NCBI GenBank assembly: GCA_964407105.1
Contig: CAYOUG010000003.1
Span: 8,393 to 72,392 of the forward strand
Direction: 5' to 3'
Origin: an uncultured Candidatus Saccharibacteria bacterium
GTDB taxonomy: Bacteria > Patescibacteriota > Minisyncoccia > Phycocordibacterales > CALRHW01
DNA length: 64,000 bases
Shown here piece by piece: positions 29,101 through 37,015 of the stretch. Below the pieces are notes generated by a model. The model made no database searches and was not told where the DNA came from. It saw nothing but the letters and a program-made list of their open reading frames with translations. Position 1 is the first letter of the stretch; every line of letters starts with the position of its first letter. The translations under genes and the position numbers were made by a program.

Positions 29101-29457
29101 ATGCGAAGCGTTGAAGCAGGGGAAATCGAAACCATTAGGGGGCAAATTATTTTCTGTTATCACACCCAAAGAGAACGTGGTGTTCGTGTAAATATGCCGA
29201 GTATTATTCGGCAAACACTTAGAGAACACGGTCTTAGTGATGATCAAGACCTATATCACCAGCTTTGTGCTGCGATGGGAAAACTAAGTCACCTGAAGAC
29301 TGGGAGTGGTAAAACAAAAAAAATCCCCAACGGAACTAGGTCAATAGTTTCGATATCGAGTCGAGGTATTGTCATAACCCCCCACCCCGTGACACCCTCC
29401 ACAAAAGACGATTTTCTCTTCCCAGAAATGGGAAGGCCCCAAACTGGACACCGCTGA
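29101..29457 (+). CDS. GC-richer orphan hypothetical protein (118 aa)
   Basis: AGGAGG 5 nt before ATG 29101, hairpin leader (TTCGTG...CACGAA) and a terminator overlapping the stop. Confidence 0.65.
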   Translation: MRSVEAGEIETIRGQIIFCYHTQRERGVRVNMPSIIRQTLREHGLSDDQDLYHQLCAAMGKLSHLKTGSGKTKKIPNGTRSIVSISSRGIVITPHPVTPSTKDDFLFPEMGRPQTGHR

Positions 29458-29485
29458 AAAAGCGGGTCCGGTTTTTTCTTTTTTT
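29445..29485 (+). terminator. Intrinsic terminator
   Basis: GGAC-A-CCGCT-GAAAA-AGCGG-GTCC followed by a T-tract. Confidence 0.7.
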
Positions 29486-29490
29486 AGATA

Positions 29491-29740
29491 AAAAAATACC
29501 CCCCAGAGCAAGCGCCTAAGCACATACTTGGGGGGCACGGCGAACCGAGAAAGGTGGTCATCCCATCACAAACCGGAGACGCGCAGCAAGACACGTAACA
29601 AGAAGCAACAGACACCTTCGACGGCACACAACGATTGCCTAAACTCATTTTGTGTGTTTTCGCCAATGAATTTAGTTCAGCCTTCCAATTCTTCCATTCC
29701 AAGAGCCTTGCAGCCATGATCGACTGATGAATCATCTGCA
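29491..29740 (-). ncRNA. Candidate structured ncRNA (~250 nt)
   Basis: Promoter TTGACT-N18-TAGTAT (29746-29775), several stems, CCCCCCA...TGGGGGG terminator with T-tract, and no SD-led ORF. Confidence 0.4.
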
Positions 29741-29777
29741 CCAACATACTAGCGCAAAGATGTTATGGAAGTCAACA

Positions 29778-30860
29778 CTAATACATATCCACACCCACCG
29801 CTTCTTTTATATTATTAAAACCATCTCTTTTTAAAAATTTAACCAGATCTTTATTTATTTGCCCAATCACTTGAGGTCCTTCAAAAATCATTCCGGTAAT
29901 CATTTGTATGAGTGAGGCGCCGAGTCTGATTTTTTTATAAGCATCTTCGGCATTAAACACACCGCCACAACCAACAAGAATAAATCTATTTTTTTCTTTT
30001 TTAAAAATGTATGAAAGTAAATTATCTGAAATATTCTGAACCGGCTTACCACTAATTCCACCTTTTTTAGAAACATTGTCGTCAACAATTTTATCGTTTT
30101 GACGATTTTTTGTAAGATTTGAACACACAATACCGTGTATACGATGTCGTCGTACCACATCAAGAATATCGTCAATTTGTTTTTGACTCATGTCTGGGGA
30201 AAGTTTTATAAAAATCGGTTTATCAGTATGAATACGGTCAAGCGATTGAAATAGTAAATCAAGATTAATCGGGTCCATAAAGGGTTGCCCACCATCTGTA
30301 TTTGGACAACTAATATTCACCGTAAAAAAACTTCCTATATTTGTAAATGTTTTAAATCCTTCACCGTAATCATCAATTGCATTTTGAATATCAAGATTTT
30401 TTTTACAATTTGTCATGGCGATACTAGTAGAAACAGGAATTTCAAAATATTTTTCTTTTAAGCGTTCGAAAATATTTTTTGCTCCATCGTTTGCAAGACC
30501 ATAATTTACCACGGTGCCTTTTGATTTTTTTAATCGCCAAAGTCGTGGTTTTGGATTGCCTTCGCAAGGCAAATTTGTGATCGAACCAATTTCCATGTGT
30601 CCAAAACCGACAGATGGAATAATATCTGTTAATTGGGCATTTTTATCAAATCCAGCCGCAAGACCTATGGGATTTTTAAAATTAATTCCTAAAATATTTT
30701 GTTCAAGGGTTTTGTTTTCGTAATTAAAAAGAAATGATGTAATTTTTTTTGTTATAAAAAATTTGCCCAAAAAATTGCCTGAAAAAATAGCAAAATCATG
30801 CACATGTTCTGGATCTATCTTAAAAAGTATTGGTTTTATAAACAGGGTGTAAACGTTCAT
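29778..30860 (-). CDS. pyrD: Quinone-dependent dihydroorotate dehydrogenase (class 2)
   Basis: DPEHVH N-terminal helices, NPIGLAAGFDKN, GNPKPRL, NISCPNT, IKLSPD, GGISG. Confidence 0.92.
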   Translation of the reverse strand: MNVYTLFIKPILFKIDPEHVHDFAIFSGNFLGKFFITKKITSFLFNYENKTLEQNILGINFKNPIGLAAGFDKNAQLTDIIPSVGFGHMEIGSITNLPCEGNPKPRLWRLKKSKGTVVNYGLANDGAKNIFERLKEKYFEIPVSTSIAMTNCKKNLDIQNAIDDYGEGFKTFTNIGSFFTVNISCPNTDGGQPFMDPINLDLLFQSLDRIHTDKPIFIKLSPDMSQKQIDDILDVVRRHRIHGIVCSNLTKNRQNDKIVDDNVSKKGGISGKPVQNISDNLLSYIFKKEKNRFILVGCGGVFNAEDAYKKIRLGASLIQMITGMIFEGPQVIGQINKDLVKFLKRDGFNNIKEAVGVDMY

Positions 30861-30866
30861 AATTTG

Positions 30867-30938
30867 TGACCTTACGGGGAATCGAACCCCGATTCCGAGC
30901 TTGAGAAGCTCGTGTCCTAACCGTTAGACGATAAGGCC
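30867..30938 (-). tRNA. tRNA-Glu(CTC)
   Basis: Cloverleaf; anticodon arm CGAGC-TT-CTC-AA-GCTCG; GGTTCGATTCC; CCA not encoded. Confidence 0.95.
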
Positions 30939-31017
30939 ATTTATTTGACAATGATGCACTCACAGCGCAATTATACGCATTTTAGAGCCAAAATCCAGCC
31001 GTACCAAAAAATTAATG

Positions 31018-32337
31018 CTATCTTTTAAGCCAATCCTCCTCTTGACGCACCAAAAATTCATGTGCTTTATTGGGCTCAGCCATCATCATTTTTACTGCTC
31101 GTTCCATGCGCATAGATTGTGATCCTTTCACAAGAATAATATCTCCTCTTTTAATAATTTTTGAAAGATAATCTCCGGCTTTAATAGAATCTTCGAAACG
31201 CACAATTTTCTTTTCTTTCATTCCAGCTTCTAGAGCACCCTCAGCGATAAAGCGCGCGCGTATACCCACAGTCACGAGTAAGTCTGCGTGCTCGGCCACG
31301 CGCGCGCCAGCCTTTTTGTGCTCTTCTGTAGAATATTTTCCAAGTTCAAGCATGTCACCGAGCACAGCAATCTTTCTTTTGCCTTGCACAAAACCAAGCG
31401 TTTCAAGGGCAAGTGAAAGTGCTATTGGAGATGAGTTGTAAGTGTCATCAATAATTGTTGTATGCTTAAGACCATCAATAAGCTTCATACGACCCGGAGG
31501 TGTATCGTATTGAGAAAGTGCCTCAACAAGTTTATTCAGATCTAAATTTTGTGAAAGACCCACAGAGAGCGCAGCAAGACATGTTTGAATATGTTGATAA
31601 CCAAGTGAGTTTTTTATATTAATATGTAAACTTTGACCACTATGATCCAAACGAAATCTGATACCTGTTGGTCTTTCGTTATTTGTAGAACTTGAAGTAG
31701 CTACTTCACCCTCGTATATTACAGAATATTCCGAAGCCACAAGATCTGCATGACCTTGTGTAGAAAAAAGTATTGTATTTGCTGAAGTGATATTTTTGTA
31801 AGCCAAAACGTCTTCATCGTCAGCATTCAAAATTACCACACCGTTTGGCTTTACCGCTTTTACAAGTTTACCCTTTTCTTCAAATACAGATTGTACAGAT
31901 GGAAAAAATTCCACATGAACGGGTATTTTACTCAAACGTGTCACCACTACCACATCAGACTTAAGCCAAGAAGTAATAAAATCCATATCGCCGGGTTTAT
32001 CTACGCCCACCTCCAAAACAAGCCACTCTGGATATTTGTTTGGTAAAATAATAAGTGCCAAACCTTCAAAAATATTTTTCAACCATTTTGATGGACTACT
32101 CCAAGCGTTTGCACAGCCAAGTATTGTGAGGGGTACACCTATTTCACTATTAAAACTCTTACTACTTTTTCTAATAAAATAAAATTTTGATAACACAGTA
32201 TAAATTGCGTCTTTTGTAGATGTTTTGCCAACACTACCCGTCACAGCCACAATTTTGGGCTTATATTTTTTAAGCACAAGTCGTGCCTCTAAAAGAATTA
32301 TCGCTGTTATTATTTTTTTTATAATTTTTTTAAACAT
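31018..32337 (-). CDS. murF: UDP-MurNAc-tripeptide--D-Ala-D-Ala ligase (short N-terminus)
   Basis: VTGSVGKTSTK, FNSEIGVPLT, DDTYNSSP, LGDMLELG, LVKGS; start at MFKKII. Confidence 0.9.
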   Translation of the reverse strand: MFKKIIKKIITAIILLEARLVLKKYKPKIVAVTGSVGKTSTKDAIYTVLSKFYFIRKSSKSFNSEIGVPLTILGCANAWSSPSKWLKNIFEGLALIILPNKYPEWLVLEVGVDKPGDMDFITSWLKSDVVVVTRLSKIPVHVEFFPSVQSVFEEKGKLVKAVKPNGVVILNADDEDVLAYKNITSANTILFSTQGHADLVASEYSVIYEGEVATSSSTNNERPTGIRFRLDHSGQSLHINIKNSLGYQHIQTCLAALSVGLSQNLDLNKLVEALSQYDTPPGRMKLIDGLKHTTIIDDTYNSSPIALSLALETLGFVQGKRKIAVLGDMLELGKYSTEEHKKAGARVAEHADLLVTVGIRARFIAEGALEAGMKEKKIVRFEDSIKAGDYLSKIIKRGDIILVKGSQSMRMERAVKMMMAEPNKAHEFLVRQEEDWLKR

Positions 32338-32341
32338 GAAT

Positions 32342-34051
32342 TTATCTGTCGGGCGGAATTTCGTAATAATTGATAAGGTATTTTGCAATATTCATAAATG
32401 GTATCGGCAACGTTTCGGAAGAAAAACGAATGTTTTTTGGATAATACATAAACAAAAAAACCAAAAAACGTGGATTATATGCAGGAAAATACCCAAAAAA
32501 TGAATGCAAAAACCTATCTTCATAATATCCGCCACCGTTTGGATTTGCAATCTGAGCAGTTCCAGTCTTTGCGGCCACACTATAATTTGGAATTTTTATT
32601 TTTCCTTCGATAATAGATGCATCTACCGTTTGCACCAACATTTTAGAAATCGTTTCCGATGTTTTTTCACTAATCACCCGCCTACCATCATCAAAAGAAA
32701 TGGTTTTTGATGTGCCAGAATTAAAATATATTTTTTTTACTAAATGTGGTGTGACAAGTGTACCACCATTTGCAAGAGAAGAAAGTGCACGGACCATAGC
32801 TATGGGGGTTACAGCAATACCCTGACCAAAAGAAGCTGTGGCGTGTTCAATGTCTCGCGAACTTTTTAAATTTTGTACCAGCGGAGCAGCTTCGTTTGGT
32901 AAATCAACACCTGTCTTTTCACCCAAACCAAAATTAATCATGTATTGAGAAAATTTATCTTTACCTAATTGTTGCATAACAAATGTGGCGCCAGTATTTA
33001 ATGATTGATTAAGCACTTCTTGCATAGATATCACGCCACGACCTTTACCGTCATAGTTTGAAATCGTTTTACCGTTCAGGGTCACAGAACCCGTGTCATT
33101 GTAAGTGGTTTGTGGAGTTATAACCCCAGCATCAAGACCAGAGGCCACAGTAAGTGGTTTTACAATTGATCCCATTTCATAAACATTTTCCACCAATGGA
33201 TTTGAAAAAATAGCGGGATTTTTTTCTTCTTGAAATGAGTTTGGATTAAATGATGGATACATCGCCATCGCCACAATCTCCCCCGTTTTTGGATCTATCA
33301 CAATGCCACCCGTATAATCTGCAGACCATTTTTTATTTACTTGTGTAATCTCACGTTCCAAAAATGCCTGAACTGATGGTTCTATTGTTGTTACAATATC
33401 TCCGTGAGATTTTGAATGATTTGAAACTGAATCTTTAATATTCAAAAAAACATCTACGAAAAAGTTTGCATAAGAAGCTGAATTATCTTTTTTGAGTAAC
33501 TCATCATATGAACGTTCAAGTCCATAACGTCCACCAAAATCATTACCTTTATACGCCATAATACCAAGCACATGTGCAGCCATTTCTTCTCCTGGATAAA
33601 ATCTCCATTTCTCTTTAAAAATATTAAGACCAGTGATACCAAGTGCTTCTATTTTTTCACCAATTTCTGTATTTACGTGTTTCAACACCTCTTCATATGG
33701 ATCAGTTATTTTGTTTGCACGCGCAAAAAAAGTATCTCGATCAAGAGTCGACACAAGAGCTACAAGCTTTGTAAAAACTTCTTCTGGATTTTTTAAAACC
33801 TGTGGGTTTATTGCAACAATATAACCAGATTGTAGTGTGGCAGCAGATACCTGACCACCATCTTTTTTTTGAAAAAAAATCGTACCACGATTGAACACGT
33901 TAGAACCCGGTCTTTTGTGTTGCTGATCAGCGATATCTGAATATTTTTCTGCATTCACCACCTGTATACTGTACAAACGAAAAATAAGCACACAGGCACA
34001 CAACACTATACAAGAGAAAATAAACCTAATTCTTGAAATGTTGGGTCTCAT
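32342..34051 (-). CDS. ftsI: Division transpeptidase PBP3/FtsI
   Basis: N-terminal TM; SxxK (GSIVKP), SxN (SLN), KTGTAQ; located in the dcw operon. Confidence 0.88.
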   Translation of the reverse strand: MRPNISRIRFIFSCIVLCACVLIFRLYSIQVVNAEKYSDIADQQHKRPGSNVFNRGTIFFQKKDGGQVSAATLQSGYIVAINPQVLKNPEEVFTKLVALVSTLDRDTFFARANKITDPYEEVLKHVNTEIGEKIEALGITGLNIFKEKWRFYPGEEMAAHVLGIMAYKGNDFGGRYGLERSYDELLKKDNSASYANFFVDVFLNIKDSVSNHSKSHGDIVTTIEPSVQAFLEREITQVNKKWSADYTGGIVIDPKTGEIVAMAMYPSFNPNSFQEEKNPAIFSNPLVENVYEMGSIVKPLTVASGLDAGVITPQTTYNDTGSVTLNGKTISNYDGKGRGVISMQEVLNQSLNTGATFVMQQLGKDKFSQYMINFGLGEKTGVDLPNEAAPLVQNLKSSRDIEHATASFGQGIAVTPIAMVRALSSLANGGTLVTPHLVKKIYFNSGTSKTISFDDGRRVISEKTSETISKMLVQTVDASIIEGKIKIPNYSVAAKTGTAQIANPNGGGYYEDRFLHSFFGYFPAYNPRFLVFLFMYYPKNIRFSSETLPIPFMNIAKYLINYYEIPPDR

Positions 34052-34072
34052 ACACTATGACTATAACAGGTA

Positions 34073-34390
34073 TTACTGAATAGTATTAAATGAAACGAGC
34101 GCCGTAACAGGAGTTTTTGAAATATATTTTGGAGATTGTATGTCTTGATAACCAAGAGAATACGCAAGATCAATATCTATGTCGTTGCGCAATGATATAT
34201 ATTTAAATTCAAGATCACTTATTTCTGATACATGCACAGCAATTTCTTGTTCAAGAACTGCTCTTTTTGCTACATTAAACACCGTTTCATTCATAAAAAA
34301 GATGTAGAGAACACACAACGCAACACACATCCAACCAAAAACCCACACAAGTGTCCTTTCGTCTTTTAATACTGCAATTTTTGATGTCAT
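34073..34390 (-). CDS. FtsL-like bitopic division protein
   Basis: Lies between rsmH and ftsI; TM plus coiled coil and an A..LG[YF] tail. Confidence 0.7.
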   Translation of the reverse strand: MTSKIAVLKDERTLVWVFGWMCVALCVLYIFFMNETVFNVAKRAVLEQEIAVHVSEISDLEFKYISLRNDIDIDLAYSLGYQDIQSPKYISKTPVTALVSFNTIQ

Positions 34391-34414
34391 GTTTATTTGT
34401 ACTATGTTCTACTA

Positions 34415-35347
34415 CTAAATTTTTGAAATTATTCTGAGTTTTGCACTTCGTGATCGAGGATTTTTTTCTACTTCGTCATCAGTGGGTGTTATTGGTTTTT
34501 TTGTAATTTTTTGTGCTTTACCGTCGACTATTAATTGTTTAAAAAAAAGTTTTACGATTCGATCTTCTATGCTATGAAAAGAAATAACTGCGATACGCCC
34601 AGATGCTGTGAGGTGATCAAATGCTTTCTGTAAACCGTCTTTAAGTGCTCCCACCTCATCATTAACCGTCATACGCAAAGCTTGAAATGTGCGAGTGGCT
34701 GGATGAAGTTTCATGCGATGATACGAGCTGGGCGTCGCATTTTTAATTATCTCGACAAGATCAAATGTGGTTTCGATTGGTTTTTGTTTGCGCTCTTGAG
34801 CAATTTTTTTTGCAATGCGCCACGCATACCTTTCTTCACCATAATTTTTAATGATCGTCGCGATATTTTCTTCATCCCACATATTCACAATCTCTCGCGC
34901 AGTAAGTGTTTCTTCGGTAATTTCGCTTGCAAATGTCATGAGTAGTGGTTCATTTCTTTTAAATGAAAAACCTCTTCCCGACTCTTCTATTTCTTGCGAG
35001 CTAAGTCCGAGATCAAACATCACCTTGTTCACCTGCTCTATGCCGATTTTCTTGAGCACCACATCTATATATCTAAAATTTGATTGCTCAAGAATAATTT
35101 TTGCTCCAGTTTTTTCTTTCACTTTTGCAAGACGTTCTGCTGATCGCTCTAAAGCTTTTGCGTCTGCATCAAGTGCAATTACTGTGCCGTGCACACCCAC
35201 AAGCTCAGCTATTGCTTGCGTATGTCCACCACCACCGAGCGTGGCATCGAGCACGATTTCACCTTCGTGAATATCTAGCCCTTCTATGACTTCTTGTAAA
35301 AGAACACTCACATGAACAACGGAAGACTGTAAAGCGGTATTTGTCAT
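34415..35347 (-). CDS. rsmH: 16S rRNA m4C1402 methyltransferase
   Basis: HVSVLLQE, DATLGGGGHT, DLGLSS, HPATRTFQALR, SFHSIEDR, NPRSRSAKLR. Confidence 0.97.
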   Translation of the reverse strand: MTNTALQSSVVHVSVLLQEVIEGLDIHEGEIVLDATLGGGGHTQAIAELVGVHGTVIALDADAKALERSAERLAKVKEKTGAKIILEQSNFRYIDVVLKKIGIEQVNKVMFDLGLSSQEIEESGRGFSFKRNEPLLMTFASEITEETLTAREIVNMWDEENIATIIKNYGEERYAWRIAKKIAQERKQKPIETTFDLVEIIKNATPSSYHRMKLHPATRTFQALRMTVNDEVGALKDGLQKAFDHLTASGRIAVISFHSIEDRIVKLFFKQLIVDGKAQKITKKPITPTDDEVEKNPRSRSAKLRIISKI

Positions 35348-35353
35348 GTGGGT

Positions 35354-35788
35354 TTAAAATACTCCTATCTCACCGAGCTTTTCTGCCATGGTGTCAGCTT
35401 GCTTCTCAATTTTTCTCTTGTACTCTTTCCAAGCTTTTTCATTCCAGATCTCCACTCTGTTATGAACGCCAGTAAAAACTACACGATTTTTGAGCTCTGC
35501 AAACTCACGATGGAAGTCAGCTATGAGGATTCGGCCGATTGCATCGACATCCGTTTCCACTGCTCCTGCGAGCATAAAACGATTGAATCCTCGAGTGTCT
35601 GCTTGTCCCATACCAAGCTCGGCGAGTTTTGCGGAAATTTTTTCCCACTCAGCGAGCGGATATAAAAACAAACAGTTGTCTAAACCGTGGGTGATCACAA
35701 CTTTCTTTCCAACTTCTTTTCGAAACTTTGATGGCAAAGAGATTCTGTTTTTTTCATCTACTGTATGTGTGTATTCTCCGAGAAGCAT
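35354..35788 (-). CDS. mraZ: Division/cell wall cluster repressor MraZ
   Basis: Two SpoVT/AbrB repeats (DEKNRISLPSKFR, DAIGRILI); start at MLLGEY. Confidence 0.95.
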   Translation of the reverse strand: MLLGEYTHTVDEKNRISLPSKFRKEVGKKVVITHGLDNCLFLYPLAEWEKISAKLAELGMGQADTRGFNRFMLAGAVETDVDAIGRILIADFHREFAELKNRVVFTGVHNRVEIWNEKAWKEYKRKIEKQADTMAEKLGEIGVF

Positions 35789-35804
35789 TGTGATTGGTGA
35801 AATT

Positions 35805-35871
35805 ACCACTTTCTCCCACTTGGTTAATAGTATATAACACTCTATCCCACAGTACTACATTGTTATCCACA
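35805..35871 (-). promoter_or_regulatory. MraZ-binding GTGG repeats with an overlapping DnaA-box match
   Basis: Minus strand has GTGGA, GTGGG, GTGGG, GTGGT at roughly 10-bp multiples; TTATCCACA at 35863-35871. Confidence 0.65.
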
Positions 35872-35893
35872 TTTTTGCACGGCAAAAAAGAAG

Positions 35894-35968
35894 AAAAAAC
35901 GAGAGAAACCTACTCTTTCACTAAAGCGCTTCGCTAACCCGTTCAAGAGTAGGTTTCTCTCGTTTTTT
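35894..35968. repeat. 24-bp perfect inverted repeat element
   Basis: AAAAAACGAGAGAAACCTACTCTT / AAGAGTAGGTTTCTCTCGTTTTTT with a 27-nt loop containing GCTTCGC (GCGAAGC on the minus strand). Confidence 0.9.
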
Positions 35969-35972
35969 TAAC

Positions 35973-36001
35973 TTGACTTTGTGTATAAAATATGCTAGTA
36001 T
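35973..36001 (+). promoter_or_regulatory. sigma70-type promoter
   Basis: TTGACT-N17-TAGTAT with an extended TG. Confidence 0.65.
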
Positions 36002-36058
36002 TACAAGCAGATTGGGAGTAACGTATTCCCTTCGCACACTGTCAGTAGAGGAGCACAC

Positions 36059-36551
36059 ATGATACAGGTAAAGCCCCTTGGGTGGATCGCCAAAATTGGT
36101 GATCTTCTCATGCTTCCGGTGATGTGGCTACTCACCGGTATCGGAGAGTCTCCACAAAAAACTCACCGATGGAACAACACGAAGCTGTCTTACGGAGACG
36201 TCGTATTGATGCGACACGACCAAATGGTAGAGTGTGAAGGAATCAAAGGAGAAAAAAGCTGATGGTTTGGCTTTCTCCCGATTTTCCACATTCCGTTGTT
36301 GGGTTGGCGTCACTATGTGGTGATTAAACCACCATCGTGGAGTGGAGAGTGGCACATCGGTTGGATCAGCGAGGACGTCATTGGCGTAAGTCAAATCAAA
36401 CTTCGTGGTCCAGTTCCGCGTCCTTGTTGGTCCAACAAATGTGAAGTTTTTTGGCATCATCGCTGGTAGCACCACGCAAACACTCCTGAACAAAGAAGGT
36501 TTTGGAAAACTTGGCGATGGAGGGCCATTTACAAGAGTGCCGCTACTTTGA
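36059..36551 (+). pseudogene. Disrupted hypothetical gene (in-frame TGA plus frameshift)
   Basis: GAGGAG SD. The frame continues past TGA 36260-36262 (WFGFLPIFHIPLLGWRHYVV...), and a +1 shift near 36416 gives RVLVGPTNVKFFG... ending TGA 36551. Confidence 0.6.
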
Positions 36552-36619
36552 GGGGGGATGCAAAAAAACAAACCAACCCGCGGCAGTCTTTTTCATTCAT
36601 TCACAATTGGAGACAAAAC

Positions 36620-36814
36620 ATGCCTAGCACTTCTCGCACAGTGATCATTGTGAGAGGAATCGGGAGTATGATGTTCCTTCTCGGTTTCTTTGTTCTTCTG
36701 TCCGTCTTCTTGTTTCCACACCGCCATGTCTATGCAATAGGAGGTTTACTTTTGTTGTTTGGTGGTATGTTAGCATCAATGGATGCTCCACCACAAACAA
36801 GTTGCCGATGTTAG
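36620..36814 (+). CDS. Small 2-TM orphan membrane protein (64 aa)
   Basis: GGAG SD before ATG 36620; two hydrophobic helices. Confidence 0.6.
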   Translation: MPSTSRTVIIVRGIGSMMFLLGFFVLLSVFLFPHRHVYAIGGLLLLFGGMLASMDAPPQTSCRC

Positions 36815-36836
36815 ACAAAAAGCTAACCCGACCACC

Positions 36837-36874
36837 AACCCGCGCAGTCTTTACTGACTGAGGCGGGTTTTTTT
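36837..36874 (+). terminator. Intrinsic terminator
   Basis: AACCCGC-G-CAGTC-TTTACT-GACTG-AG-GCGGGTT followed by TTTTT. Confidence 0.75.
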
Positions 36875-36891
36875 AATACTCTAAAGATAAA

Positions 36892-37003
36892 CAAAACAAA
36901 AACAATACTTTTTCCGGGTACGGAATTTTTGAAGCTTAAAAATTCCTGAAACTCTCGCGCCGTCGCGCTCGAGACCTCCTCCAAAAGTATTGTTTTTGTT
37001 TTG
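36892..37003. repeat. Branched palindromic element with 21-bp perfect terminal IR
   Basis: CAAAACAAAAACAATACTTTT / AAAAGTATTGTTTTTGTTTTG enclosing two hairpins (GGAATTTTT..AAAAATTCC and TCTCG..CGAGA). Confidence 0.88.
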
Positions 37004-37015
37004 CTGCTCTTTCAC

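Noticed and set aside
29484-29648. 54-aa peptide with 8 Cys as a RiPP or metallothionein precursor
   Set aside because: It has no SD, runs through the terminator hairpin and T-tract, and has no modifying enzymes nearby. The Cys richness follows from the TG-rich strand. It cannot be fully excluded.
36260-36262. TGA read-through or genetic code 25
   Set aside because: Core genes have no in-frame TGA, TGA ends msrB, and the same gene also needs a frameshift, so a pseudogene is the simpler reading.
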